Counted from the first letter of the stretch, positions 19,749 through 30,031 are shown. The stretch: DNA of 64,000 bases from an uncultured Cyclobacterium sp. (GCF_963976465.1 NZ_CAXBOC010000001.1:1103-65102); one strand, 5' to 3'. The notes: generated from the sequence alone by a model not told the origin. Translations and numbers: made by a program.

Positions 19749-19849
19749 AAAATTTAAGATTTTTTAACAATTGCTGTTGATTCATCAGATTAAAAATCAA
19801 AGCCTTAAAGGATTTTTTTTAAATTGGCAACAGATAAACCTGATATGCC

Positions 19850-21220
19850 ATGAAAAAACTAATTTCTTCGCTATTTTTTCTGTTAACCCTTGCTACCCTA
19901 AGTTTTTCTCAAGCGTCTTTACCTAGAATAAAAATCGCTGACAATCAAAGGTTTCTTGTTACTGAAGATGGCAGCCCCTTTTTTTGGATGGCAGATACAG
20001 CCTGGGAGTTATTCCATAGATGTGATGATGAGGAGATAGACTACTACCTAAATAAAAGAGCAGAACAAGGGTTCAATGTAATTCAGGCGGTCGCTCTGGC
20101 AGAAATTGATGGATTAAACAGCCCAAATGCCTTGGGAGAGACCCCTTTATTTGAAAATGACCCCACTCAACCAAATCCCCGCTATTTTGATTATATCGCT
20201 GAAGTATTGAAAAAGGCAGAGGCTAAAGGCTTATATGTTGCCTTGCTGCCGACTTGGGGAGATAAGGTCTTTAAGAAGGGTTGGGGTGTAGGCCCTGAGG
20301 TTTTTAATGTGGAGAATGCGGAGGTATTTGGTAGGTGGATAGGCAATCGATTCAAGGATTTCACTAATGTGATATGGGTTATTGGAGGGGATAGAAACCC
20401 AAGAGAGAACAGCACAGATATTGATATATGGCGTGCAATGGCCAAAGGTATTGCCAGCCAGACCGGAGGCAATGAAAACACCCTGATGACCTTTCACCCC
20501 CAGCCTTCAGCTCCGGGAGGGTCAAGCAATTGGTTTCATCAAGACAAGTGGCTGGACTTTAATATGCATCAAACGGGCCCTTGCCCGAATCAAGCGACCT
20601 ATAAAAAGATCACACATGATTATAATCTAATACCCATTAAACCCACCATTGATGGGGAACCACTTTACGAAGATCATCCCAATTGTTTTAAGCCGGAGGA
20701 ATTGGGGCACAGCATACCGGAGGATATTCGCAGAATTATGTATTGGAATGTTTTTGCCGGCGGATTTGGTCAGTCCTATGGCTGTCATGCAGTCTGGCAG
20801 ATGTTTACGCCGGAGCGGGAAGGAATCAACTTTCCCTTGAGACCATGGAAAGTTGCCTTGGACCTCCCCATGGCTACACAAGTTCAACACCTCAAAAATT
20901 TGATGTTGAGTAGGCCTTTCTTAACCAGGATCCCGGATCAGAACATGGTGGTTGATAAACAGGAAGATGATGAAAGTTATGTAATAGCTACCAGAGATCA
21001 GGAGGGAAGTTATGCGATGATCTATATTCCCACCGGAAAAACAGTCACCTTAAACACCTCCATCATGAAATCCAAAACCTTGAAATGTTCATGGTATGAC
21101 CCACGAACAGGTGCCTGGACTGATGCCGGATTTGTCAGCAGTTCTCCATCATTTACTTATACGGCGCCAAGCTCAGGCGGAAAGGGACACGATTGGGTGA
21201 TGGTTTTGGATGCCATTTAG
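19850..21220 (+). CDS. Secreted glycoside hydrolase, DUF4038/GH140-like
   Basis: 456 aa with a signal peptide. N-terminal RFLVTEDGSPFFWMADTAWELF resembles the DUF4038 family as I remember it. Family call unverified. Confidence 0.55.
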   Translation: MKKLISSLFFLLTLATLSFSQASLPRIKIADNQRFLVTEDGSPFFWMADTAWELFHRCDDEEIDYYLNKRAEQGFNVIQAVALAEIDGLNSPNALGETPLFENDPTQPNPRYFDYIAEVLKKAEAKGLYVALLPTWGDKVFKKGWGVGPEVFNVENAEVFGRWIGNRFKDFTNVIWVIGGDRNPRENSTDIDIWRAMAKGIASQTGGNENTLMTFHPQPSAPGGSSNWFHQDKWLDFNMHQTGPCPNQATYKKITHDYNLIPIKPTIDGEPLYEDHPNCFKPEELGHSIPEDIRRIMYWNVFAGGFGQSYGCHAVWQMFTPEREGINFPLRPWKVALDLPMATQVQHLKNLMLSRPFLTRIPDQNMVVDKQEDDESYVIATRDQEGSYAMIYIPTGKTVTLNTSIMKSKTLKCSWYDPRTGAWTDAGFVSSSPSFTYTAPSSGGKGHDWVMVLDAI

Positions 21221-22296
21221 TCGGACTTCCTTGCTTCCTTATTTTCACTTTTTTTCTTGAAAAACACTTGCCTCACCCATCTGGGTAAAAAGATGGCCCC
21301 TAACAATAGATAGGGATAATAAGAAAACATCCGCCAAAGTATACTGGTGACAAAGGTATAACCGGTCAGGAATTCGTTGAAGAACTGTGTAAAGAAAAAC
21401 TCTGCTGTTCCACTACTTCCGGGAGTTGGGCTGATCATCATTACGATCCACATGATAATCTGCCTTGCAAAAACGACCACGTGTTCGAAAACCGAAAGTG
21501 TTTCAAAGGCAGATATTAGGGCGTTGAGCATCAAGTACCTTGAAGACCAAATGAAAACGGTGGTAAGGATAATAATCAGCCAATATTTGAAATTCTTCCC
21601 TTTGAGTTCTTTGCTAGCCTCAATGATTTGATCCCCATAATTATTGGCCTGATATTTCCATTTTCGAAGCCATTTGATTGAAAATAACCTGAGCATTATC
21701 CACTTGAAGACCCTTGGACGGTAAAATAATGCCAGGGCCATTAATACTGAATAAATGGTGTACAAGGTATAACTTCCCCAAAACAGGTATTCCATGCTTG
21801 AGCCCAATCTCATTTCCAGTACTCTGCTTTCAGGGAAAATATAGCCCTGGGCTAAAAACAAAATGATGGGCGCACCTAAGACAAAGAATAAATTGTCCAT
21901 AATGGCTGTCAGCATGGTGAAAGCCAAAGCTTTCCCTAGGGGAATGCCTTCTTTATTTAGGATAAACACAGCTACAGCCGTTCCCCCAACAATAGAAGGA
22001 GTCACTGCTGAGGCAAATTCCCACAAAATGATTACATATATGGCCCTGGACCAAGTCAAGTGTTTATTGGTTACTTCCCTGATCCGAAAAACGTAGCCGG
22101 CATCCCGTAGGACGATAAAAACCATTGCCAATAATATGGACCAAATTGAAGCATCAAAAACTCCTCTTAAAGTTTGGGCATTTACAGTCGGATCCATGTA
22201 AAACATGGCAAAGACTATGGCGATCCCAATAAACACAGGAACCCAAACCTTATTTGGATTTAAGGTTTTAAATACTTCCCTATTGTCTAATTTCAT
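21217..22296 (-). CDS. Multi-pass membrane protein, lysyl-PG synthase TM-region/flippase-like (UPF0104-like)
   Basis: 359 aa, about 8 hydrophobic segments, basic C-terminus. Family call tentative. Confidence 0.45.
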   Translation of the reverse strand: MKLDNREVFKTLNPNKVWVPVFIGIAIVFAMFYMDPTVNAQTLRGVFDASIWSILLAMVFIVLRDAGYVFRIREVTNKHLTWSRAIYVIILWEFASAVTPSIVGGTAVAVFILNKEGIPLGKALAFTMLTAIMDNLFFVLGAPIILFLAQGYIFPESRVLEMRLGSSMEYLFWGSYTLYTIYSVLMALALFYRPRVFKWIMLRLFSIKWLRKWKYQANNYGDQIIEASKELKGKNFKYWLIIILTTVFIWSSRYLMLNALISAFETLSVFEHVVVFARQIIMWIVMMISPTPGSSGTAEFFFTQFFNEFLTGYTFVTSILWRMFSYYPYLLLGAIFLPRWVRQVFFKKKSENKEARKSD

Positions 22297-23048
22297 AAGT
22301 TTTCTAAAGGTATAGCTTCTAATCGTTCTACCCAGAAATTGTTAAAACCCTCTCCTATTTTTATTGTCACCAACGTAAGCTGAAGGAGCTCTAAAATGGC
22401 TAAAAAAGTATAGATAATAAAAATTTTATCTGGATTCAGGACAATAAAATCTGAAAAAGGGATTCTGGGATTTTCTTCCAGTCGATCTAAAACCAATGAT
22501 TTTTGTTGTTCTATGGAATAGGGATATTGAATCACCGTATGCTTTGTGGTATCCTGGCTATGGGCATATTTCGTCAAAACCCTTTGGTACACTTTTAATA
22601 GGCGATACAGGTCAAGGTCTTGGAGTTCGGCATCCACCTGATCGATTTGATTGATCTGCTTTAGCTCTTGCACCACATTGCCTCTAGCAAATTTGGACAT
22701 CCTTTCCTCTTCCATACTTGCAAGTTCGCCAACTACGGACTTGTATTTTTTATATTCCAATAAATGCTTAATTAGATCTTCCCGGGGATCTATTTCTTCT
22801 CCATCTTCATTAAGTTCAGGCCTGGGGAGTAGCATTTTCGATTTCACTTTCATCAAAGTGGCTGCAAATAATATAAATTCACTGGCCACTTCAATTTCCA
22901 TTTTTTCCAGATGGTGAATATAATCAAGAAAATCATTGGTGATTTTAGATATGGGAATATCATATATATCCAGTTCATCACGCTCAATGAAAAACAGCAT
23001 AAGGTCAAATGGCCCTTCGAATAAAGGTAATTTGATTTCGAAACTCAC
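22293..23048 (-). CDS. scpA: Segregation and condensation protein A
   Basis: 251 aa. N-terminal LPLFEGPFDLMLFFIERDELDIYDIPISKIT is typical of ScpA. Confidence 0.85.
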   Translation of the reverse strand: MSFEIKLPLFEGPFDLMLFFIERDELDIYDIPISKITNDFLDYIHHLEKMEIEVASEFILFAATLMKVKSKMLLPRPELNEDGEEIDPREDLIKHLLEYKKYKSVVGELASMEEERMSKFARGNVVQELKQINQIDQVDAELQDLDLYRLLKVYQRVLTKYAHSQDTTKHTVIQYPYSIEQQKSLVLDRLEENPRIPFSDFIVLNPDKIFIIYTFLAILELLQLTLVTIKIGEGFNNFWVERLEAIPLENL

Positions 23049-23232
23049 TGGATAAGATTATTTTTTGTTATTTTTGTATTTCTTATTGTGTTCAAAGATA
23101 TCACATATCTTGTTAAATCAATAGGCATGTCAATAATTTCCATAAAGGTATGGAGGCCTGAATAATTATTGGTAATATTAAACATTATATCCTATGAATA
23201 GGTTATAGTTTTCTGTAAATGAAGATAAGTAT

Positions 23233-25104
23233 ATGCAAATAGAACCTGGAAAATTACTTAGAGGAATCCATTACCCGGAAGACCTTAAAAACCTCAGTAA
23301 AGACCAATTGGTTCAAATCTGTGATGAATTGAGACAGTTTATCATTGACCATGTTTCTGTTTATGGAGGTCACTTTGGTGCTGGCTTAGGCGTCGTAGAA
23401 CTTACTGTAGCATTGCATTATGTGCTCAATACTCCTGATGATCAGTTGATTTGGGATGTGGGCCATCAGGCCTATGGACACAAGATCCTTACCGGCCGTA
23501 GAAATGACTTTCATACCAATAGACTATACAAGGGCCTATCCGGATTTCCCAAAAGGAAAGAAAGTCCTTTTGATTCTTTTGGCGTAGGACATTCCAGTAC
23601 TTCCATCTCGGCTGCTCTGGGAATGGCCATGGCTTCAAAATATAAGGGGGATACCAAAAGGCAACATGTGGCCGTAATAGGTGATGGTGCGATGACAGGA
23701 GGAATGGCCTTTGAAGCAATGAATCATGCCGGTGTTTCAGACAGTAATATGGTGATTATCCTCAATGACAATTGCATGTCTATTGACCCTAATGTTGGGG
23801 CATTGAAGGATTACCTTACAGACATCACCACCTCCCATACTTATAACAAAGTGAAGGACGAAGTATGGCACCTGTTGGGTAAAATCAGTAAATTCGGATT
23901 CAGTGCTCAAGATGTAGTTTCAAAAGTGGAGGGAGCCATAAAATCTGCCTTGCTGAAACAAAGCAACTTATTTGAGTCCTTAAACTTGCGCTATTTCGGA
24001 CCGGTAGATGGGCATGATGTAAATCATCTGGTGGAGGTACTCAATGACCTTAAAGATATTCCGGGACCAAAGATTCTTCATTGCATAACCGTAAAGGGTA
24101 AAGGCTTTGCCCCCGCAGAAAAAGACCAAACCAAATGGCATGCTCCGGGGAAATTTGATAAAATTACCGGAGAAATTGCTAAGAAAATACCTACTACTCC
24201 CCAAGCACCCAAATACCAGGATGTATTTGGACACACCTTGGTGGAGCTGGCAGAAAAGAATGATAAAATCGTAGGGGTTACTCCTGCAATGCCCTCCGGA
24301 TCTTCCATGAATATCATGATGAAGGCTTTTCCTGATCGATCATTTGATGTGGGAATAGCAGAACAACATGCAGTTACTTTTTCCGCAGGACTGTCTACTC
24401 AGGGCTTGGTTCCCTTTTGTAATATTTACAGCACCTTTATGCAGCGGGCATATGATCAGGTGATTCATGATGTTTGCCTTCAAGATTTGCCGGTTGTGCT
24501 TTGCCTGGATAGGGCGGGGTTTGCCGGTGCAGATGGGCCTACTCACCATGGTGCCTATGATTTGGCTTATTTGCGTTGTGTACCTAATCTTGTGGTTAGC
24601 GCCCCTATGAACGAAGAGGAGTTGCGAAACCTAATGTTTTCAGGTGCGGAACACCAGGCCCCTTATGCCATCAGGTATCCAAGAGGTCAGGGTGTTATGC
24701 CTGATTGGAAAAAACCGCTAAGGAAAATACCAACAGGTCAGGGAAGGATAATTACCGAAGGTAAAGACATTGCCATACTAAGTATTGGGCATATTGGTAA
24801 TTATGTGCTCGACAATGCGGAGAAGTTTGAATCTTTGGGACTAAGCGTTGCCCATTATGACATGCGTTTTGTCAAACCTCTTGACGAGTCATTGCTGCAT
24901 GAGGTTTTTGGTAAATTTGACAAAGTGATCACGGTGGACCACGGTTATCAGGCAAGAATAAAACGTTTGGGCATACCTGATAAAGTCATCGAACATGGAG
25001 AGCAAATAGAATTGCACCATGAATGCGGTTTTGATGCTTCCGGAATCCTGCAAACGGTGAAAGATATGATGAACCTAAATGTGGAAGATAAAATTAAGAT
25101 TTGA
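23233..25104 (+). CDS. dxs: 1-deoxy-D-xylulose-5-phosphate synthase
   Basis: 623 aa. GHSSTSISAALGMA and GDGAMTGGMAFEAMNHAG (TPP binding). See the finding on a possibly missing C-terminal segment. Confidence 0.9.
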   Translation: MQIEPGKLLRGIHYPEDLKNLSKDQLVQICDELRQFIIDHVSVYGGHFGAGLGVVELTVALHYVLNTPDDQLIWDVGHQAYGHKILTGRRNDFHTNRLYKGLSGFPKRKESPFDSFGVGHSSTSISAALGMAMASKYKGDTKRQHVAVIGDGAMTGGMAFEAMNHAGVSDSNMVIILNDNCMSIDPNVGALKDYLTDITTSHTYNKVKDEVWHLLGKISKFGFSAQDVVSKVEGAIKSALLKQSNLFESLNLRYFGPVDGHDVNHLVEVLNDLKDIPGPKILHCITVKGKGFAPAEKDQTKWHAPGKFDKITGEIAKKIPTTPQAPKYQDVFGHTLVELAEKNDKIVGVTPAMPSGSSMNIMMKAFPDRSFDVGIAEQHAVTFSAGLSTQGLVPFCNIYSTFMQRAYDQVIHDVCLQDLPVVLCLDRAGFAGADGPTHHGAYDLAYLRCVPNLVVSAPMNEEELRNLMFSGAEHQAPYAIRYPRGQGVMPDWKKPLRKIPTGQGRIITEGKDIAILSIGHIGNYVLDNAEKFESLGLSVAHYDMRFVKPLDESLLHEVFGKFDKVITVDHGYQARIKRLGIPDKVIEHGEQIELHHECGFDASGILQTVKDMMNLNVEDKIKI

Positions 25105-25125
25105 AAATACCAGTTTTATTATAGA

Positions 25126-25160
25126 TGAGGAAATCCGGCCGGTTTCCTCATTTTTTTTTA
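25126..25160 (+). terminator. Rho-independent terminator of dxs
   Basis: TGAGGAAA (25126-25133) / TTTCCTCA (25143-25150), followed by T9. Confidence 0.75.
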
Positions 25161-25199
25161 AATTGGACCCATGTATTAGTAATTTAATCCGCTACTTCC

Positions 25200-26354
25200 A
25201 TGTCCGATATAATAAACCCAAGAAGGGAATTTTTGAAGAAAGCTACGGCGGCATCTGTTGCGCTGACTCTTAGCCGGCCGTCATTTACAAAACCCTTAGA
25301 AAAGAAAAAGAATAAGCTTCCACAATGGCGAGGCTTTAATTTGCTGGATTTTTTTAACCCCATTCCCGAAAAAGGACGGAAGACAAAACCTGCTTATTAT
25401 AAATACATGGCCGATTGGGGTTTTGATTTTGCCAGAATTCCTATTTCCTATCCAAGTTATTTGTCCTTTGATCGAAGCAAGCCCATACGTCCGGATGAGG
25501 TACTTCAATTCAATAACAAAATACTGGATGAGATTGATGAAATTGTTCACAATTGCCACCAACAAGGATTGCATGTTAGTTTAAATCTACACAGAGCGCC
25601 TGGGTTTTGTATCAATGCAGGTTTTAGAGAGCCGTACAACCTTTGGGAGGACGAGGAAGCTTTGGAAGCCTTCTGTGCCCACTGGGAAATGTGGGCCAAA
25701 CGCTACAAAAATATATCTTCTAAGAAGTTAAGTTTTGATTTGGTCAATGAACCGTACAAAAGACTTGACCCGAATGACCAGCATTCGCCGGGCGGTCCTG
25801 TGCCGATAAATGAATATAGGAAAGTGGCAGAGGCTGCGCTGAAAACAATTAAAGGCGTCAATAAAAACCGATTGGTCATTGCAGATGGAAATGGAGGTGG
25901 AGGCATGGCTATTCCTGAATTTGCTGATTTGGATTTGCACCAAAGTTGCCGGGGTTACTTTCCCATGCATATTTCCCATCACAAAGCACCTTGGGTTTTT
26001 AAAGATCCTGAAAGCCTGTCGGAGCCCAATTGGCCGGGCATGCACAATGAGCGGCATTATGGCAAAGCAGACTTGGAAAAACATTACGCACCTTGGATTG
26101 CTTTGCTGGAGCAAGGGGTAGGTGTTCACTGCGGAGAGTTGGGTTGTTACAACCAAACTCCCCATAAAGTCTTTTTATTCTGGTTTGGGGATATTTTAGA
26201 CATTTTGGATGACAATGGAATAGGTTTTGGTTTATGGGAGTTTTCCGGCTCTTTCGGCCTGCTTAACTCCGGAAGGACAGATATAGCATATGAAGATTGG
26301 TACGGAGAAAAATTAGATAGGGAATTGTTAAATTTATTGATGAAATATGCCTGA
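25200..26354 (+). CDS. Glycoside hydrolase family 5 (cellulase-like) with Tat-type signal
   Basis: 384 aa. PRREFLKKATAASVALTL twin-arginine motif. FDLVNEP acid/base motif. GE nucleophile region CGELG. Confidence 0.7.
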   Translation: MSDIINPRREFLKKATAASVALTLSRPSFTKPLEKKKNKLPQWRGFNLLDFFNPIPEKGRKTKPAYYKYMADWGFDFARIPISYPSYLSFDRSKPIRPDEVLQFNNKILDEIDEIVHNCHQQGLHVSLNLHRAPGFCINAGFREPYNLWEDEEALEAFCAHWEMWAKRYKNISSKKLSFDLVNEPYKRLDPNDQHSPGGPVPINEYRKVAEAALKTIKGVNKNRLVIADGNGGGGMAIPEFADLDLHQSCRGYFPMHISHHKAPWVFKDPESLSEPNWPGMHNERHYGKADLEKHYAPWIALLEQGVGVHCGELGCYNQTPHKVFLFWFGDILDILDDNGIGFGLWEFSGSFGLLNSGRTDIAYEDWYGEKLDRELLNLLMKYA

Positions 26355-27117
26355 GATATCCTATTGGAAAAAAGGAGAGGGCCAACCGCTCGTTTTGCTT
26401 CCCGGTTTTTGCGAAACAAAAGAAATGTGGACAGATTTTGTGGAGCCACTATTGAGAAGTTGTGAAGTCTGGTGCCCTGATTTGCCGGGATTTGGTAGCA
26501 GCGATGCCTATAAAGGTGACTTTACCATTTCAGATATAGGAAAAGAACTGGCCCAGTGGATGCTAACCAATAATATAGGCCATGCAAGCCTAATAGGTCA
26601 CTCCCTTGGTGGTTATTTGGCCCTGGAAATGGCACAACTGCCAAATCTCAACTTAAGTGGGTTGGGATTGTTTCATTCCACGGCATACCCAGACAGTGAA
26701 GAGAAAAAGGATAATAGGGAAAAGACAATAGAATTTGTGAACAAGCACGGGGTAAATAAATTTATCAGCTCCTCATTGCCACTGCTGTTCAAAAGAGAAA
26801 ATAGGGATCGTTGCAAGGGAGCCATTGACCAACTTATAGCACATGCCAGCCTACTTTCCCGAGACAGTATCATAAATTACCTGAAGGCCATGCGGGACAG
26901 AGATGACAATAGGGAAACTCTTGCAGCCTTTCCAAAACCAAAACTGATGATCTGTGGGGTTGAAGACACTGCCGTATCCCTAGCAGACAGCCTGAACCAC
27001 AAGAAGCTTGTCGATCAGTTCTGTCAACTTTCGGATTGCGGACATATGGGAATGTTTGAGCAAAAGGAAAAAACGCAAGCTGCCATTTGCGATTTTATGG
27101 AAAGCTTGAAAAGCTAG
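26347..27117 (+). CDS. Alpha/beta hydrolase
   Basis: 256 aa. Nucleophile elbow GHSLGG. C-terminal GH. Confidence 0.75.
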   Translation: MPEISYWKKGEGQPLVLLPGFCETKEMWTDFVEPLLRSCEVWCPDLPGFGSSDAYKGDFTISDIGKELAQWMLTNNIGHASLIGHSLGGYLALEMAQLPNLNLSGLGLFHSTAYPDSEEKKDNREKTIEFVNKHGVNKFISSSLPLLFKRENRDRCKGAIDQLIAHASLLSRDSIINYLKAMRDRDDNRETLAAFPKPKLMICGVEDTAVSLADSLNHKKLVDQFCQLSDCGHMGMFEQKEKTQAAICDFMESLKS

Positions 27118-27872
27118 TAGGTAGCCCTTCCTCCGGATAAATCAAACACAAAACCGGTATTAAAACTGGCTTCCTCAGATAGTATCCAACTGGCAATAGC
27201 AGCTGCTTCATCTACAGTACCAAGGCGCTGCATGGGGATTTTTGAAGCCATATATTCTAATTGCGCCGGATCGGTGTCTTTGTTCATGGCAGTAAGAATA
27301 ACCGCAGGGGCCAAACCATTGACTGTGATTCCGGAGGTGGCATATTCTTTCCCTAAAGCCTTTACCAAGCCTATTACTCCTGCTTTGGTGGCAGAATATC
27401 CCACCATATTTGGGTTTCCTTCTTTACCGGCAATGGAAGCGATAAGGAGAATTCTACCATATTGGGCCTTCTCCATATATTTTAAGGCATATTTGGCAGT
27501 TAAAAAAGAGCCCCTCAAATTGACATTATATATTTTGTCAAATTCCTCAGTAGCATAATCGGTTATTTTTATTTGGGTAGGACCTACTATTCCTGCGGAA
27601 TTTACCAGTATGTCAAGTTTTCCGAAATGACTGATGCTTGCATGATAAGCATCTTGTACTGCAGCTTCATTGGAAATGTCCACGACAAAAGCTTTTACCG
27701 GTAGGCCTGCTTCTTGCCATTCCTTTTCTAAGGCAAGTAGTTTGTCCTGATTGAAGTCCCAAAGCGCAATACTTGCACCTTCAGCAGCCAATCTTTCGGC
27801 AATGGCTTTGCCTATGCCATCTGCAGCTCCGGTAATTACTGCCACCCTATTGTTATATCTAGACTTTGTCAT
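27114..27872 (-). CDS. SDR-family oxidoreductase (FabG-like)
   Basis: 252 aa. TGAADGIGKA cofactor motif and YSATKAG catalytic YxxxK. Confidence 0.85.
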   Translation of the reverse strand: MTKSRYNNRVAVITGAADGIGKAIAERLAAEGASIALWDFNQDKLLALEKEWQEAGLPVKAFVVDISNEAAVQDAYHASISHFGKLDILVNSAGIVGPTQIKITDYATEEFDKIYNVNLRGSFLTAKYALKYMEKAQYGRILLIASIAGKEGNPNMVGYSATKAGVIGLVKALGKEYATSGITVNGLAPAVILTAMNKDTDPAQLEYMASKIPMQRLGTVDEAAAIASWILSEEASFNTGFVFDLSGGRATY

Positions 27873-28345
27873 TGAAATTATTTTTGGAATTTCTACTTTT
27901 AAAATTAAGAAAGTGCTGATGAATATTTCTTATGGCTAAATTAGATTTAAGAAAAATTTATAAGCCACAGCCTCATTTTTTTGTTTTCTGCCACAATATT
28001 TACGACAATTATTTTAAATTACTAAAAGAATTATATCGGCTTAGAATTTCATTTCTTTAATTATAATAAATTCTTGGGTCTTAAGAACGCCGGGGTTTTG
28101 TTCAAAATGTAGGAAATAAGTATAATTGAAACAAGTTTGCTTAAGGAGATTTTAGCTGAATTTAAACTTAACGGGAATGTTTTGAGTTTGATCTATTAAC
28201 TATACAATAAGAAAATATAGCAGAATACCAATTGACAAAATAACCTGATAATAATTGACTAAAGTTTGTTGAAAGACTTTAAGTTATTGAAAATTAACCT
28301 GTTAATGACTTCGTTAATCTTGGGGTCACTTAAACTCAAACTTTT

Positions 28346-28765
28346 ATGAAAAAGTCCAGACACTTAATTGTTCTAATCTTACTCCTATCTTTTACCTCCT
28401 GTAGCTCACTTAGTTCCATGAACCCAATAAGTTTACTTACAGGAAACAAATGGAAGCTTGCCGGAATGATGGGCAAAGCCCTAGATTTTGGAAAATTTGC
28501 TGATGCTTTACCAATGCTAAGTTTTATGGACGGTGGTAAGTTGAGTGGTTTCACCGGTTGTAATAATTTTTCCGGAAATTTTAATTTGGATGGAAAAAGC
28601 CTTTCACTAGACCCCGGTGCAATGACCAAAAAAGCATGTCAGGGTTCAGGAGAAAATGAATTTTTGAATGCACTTTCCATGGTAAGTGATTTTAAAGTAA
28701 GCAAAGATAATTTGGCATTGATGGATGGAGCCAAGGAACTTCTGCGTTTTGTTCCAGAAAATTAA
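28346..28765 (+). CDS. META-domain lipoprotein (HslJ-like)
   Basis: 139 aa. Lipobox SFTSC. GNKWKL and GCNNFSG motifs. Confidence 0.7.
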   Translation: MKKSRHLIVLILLLSFTSCSSLSSMNPISLLTGNKWKLAGMMGKALDFGKFADALPMLSFMDGGKLSGFTGCNNFSGNFNLDGKSLSLDPGAMTKKACQGSGENEFLNALSMVSDFKVSKDNLALMDGAKELLRFVPEN

Positions 28766-29037
28766 ATCCAACTACCTATTTTCAATTCAAGAAATAGGTA
28801 TTGGTCCTATTAAAGCAGCTTATTGCTAGTTTTGGGTTTTAATTAATATATGGGTTTTTTAAATTGTAGCGGATACCAGTTGCTTTATTTCTAAATAAAA
28901 TGTTTACCCCTTTATTACCTATCTATCACCTGAATTAATCATTGGAATGAAATAAAAGGCTTAGTTGCCAGAATAAGGGCTTTGGTGCTTCCTGTCTTCC
29001 ATAGCAATTACCCTTTAACCGGATCGTAATTTTAAAA

Positions 29038-29622
29038 ATGAAAGAGAGATCAGATTATCCGTCCAAAAAAAAGACCATCAGTGAATGGGTTCACGTTTAC
29101 GGCGATTACCTATATAGTTGGGCTTATCATAAAACGAGCTGCAATGAGACGGCAGAGGACCTGGTTCAGGAAGTATATTTTGCTGCATTCAAAAACTATG
29201 ACAAGTTTGAAGGAAGAAGTAGCCCCAAAACCTGGTTGTTGAAAATTCTGAATAATAAAATAATTGATCACTACAGGAAGTTGTCCAATAATGAAGGCAA
29301 GCAAGAGGATGCTACTAGCCAGTTTACCGATTCATTTTTTAACCCTATAGGAAACTGGAAGGCAAATGGACTTGAGGAGGCATGGGTAGCCGAAGAGCAT
29401 TTGTTGGATAATGAGGCCTTTAATGAGGTGATGGAGATTTGCATGAATGATCTGCCGGCCAAATGGAGGCTGGCAATTTTGTCCAAGTTCTTGCTCGAAA
29501 AAGAAGCTGTAGCAATTTGTCAGGATTTGGATCTCACGACGTCTAATTATTGGCAGGTGATTCACAGGGCCAAATTACTTTTAAAGAAATGTTTGGAAGT
29601 CAACTGGTTTGCCAAAAATTAA
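29038..29622 (+). CDS. ECF-type RNA polymerase sigma-70 family factor
   Basis: 194 aa. Region 2 (AEDLVQEVYFAAFKNYDKF...TWLLKILNNKIIDHYRK). Region 4 HTH near the C-terminus. Confidence 0.8.
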   Translation: MKERSDYPSKKKTISEWVHVYGDYLYSWAYHKTSCNETAEDLVQEVYFAAFKNYDKFEGRSSPKTWLLKILNNKIIDHYRKLSNNEGKQEDATSQFTDSFFNPIGNWKANGLEEAWVAEEHLLDNEAFNEVMEICMNDLPAKWRLAILSKFLLEKEAVAICQDLDLTTSNYWQVIHRAKLLLKKCLEVNWFAKN

Positions 29623-29637
29623 TACCTAAGCATATTT

Positions 29638-29898
29638 ATGGAAAAATTGATGAGTCGTATGCTACTTTCATGCAAGGAAGCAACCTTTTTGGTAGAAAAG
29701 CAAATGGAATCTTCTCTGACTTTTATGGAAAAGTTCAGGTTAAGCATCCATTTGAAGCTCTGTAAAGTTTGCAGTGCCTACCAGCATCAGAGCGAAACCA
29801 TAAACAATGCCTTGAAAAAATGGACCGAAGGCAGTGTTTTGTCAAAAGAACTCCCCTCAAAAGTTAAATCAGAAATTATAAAAGAAATTAATCGCTAA
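29638..29898 (+). CDS. Soluble zinc-binding (ZAS) anti-sigma factor candidate
   Basis: 86 aa, 15 nt after the sigma gene. C12 plus H38-x3-C42-x2-C45 (HLKLCKVC). No hydrophobic segment. Confidence 0.6.
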   Translation: MEKLMSRMLLSCKEATFLVEKQMESSLTFMEKFRLSIHLKLCKVCSAYQHQSETINNALKKWTEGSVLSKELPSKVKSEIIKEINR

Positions 29899-29909
29899 AA
29901 TATTTTGAT

Positions 29910-29945
29910 GATTTTGTCAGGAAGCTAACAAGTTTGCGTCTATTT
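29910..29945 (+). promoter_or_regulatory. Candidate ECF-type promoter (GATTTTGTCAGG-N15-CGTCTATTT), copy 1
   Basis: Both half-sites and the spacing are identical to copy 2 at 34356-34391. Lies 87 nt upstream of the 30032 ATG, directly after the sigma/anti-sigma pair. Confidence 0.5.
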
Positions 29946-30031
29946 GATTATCACAGTGAAATGCTATTGAAGAGAAAGGAATAAAGTCTTTTTTCACTCA
30001 ATGTATTTATGAAAATCAAAATAGACTTAAT

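Noticed and set aside
23049-23232. Riboswitch (e.g. TPP) upstream of dxs. Likewise leaders upstream of guaB (14247-14377) and the symporter (60481-60765).
   Set aside because: These regions are AT-rich. They lack the conserved cores I know (e.g. CUGAGA / ACCUGA for TPP) and show no extended pairing.
29550-29765. 71-aa + strand ORF overlapping the end of the sigma gene and the start of the anti-sigma gene
   Set aside because: It is out of frame with two ORFs that have clear family signatures (sigma region 4; ZAS motif), and has no features of its own.
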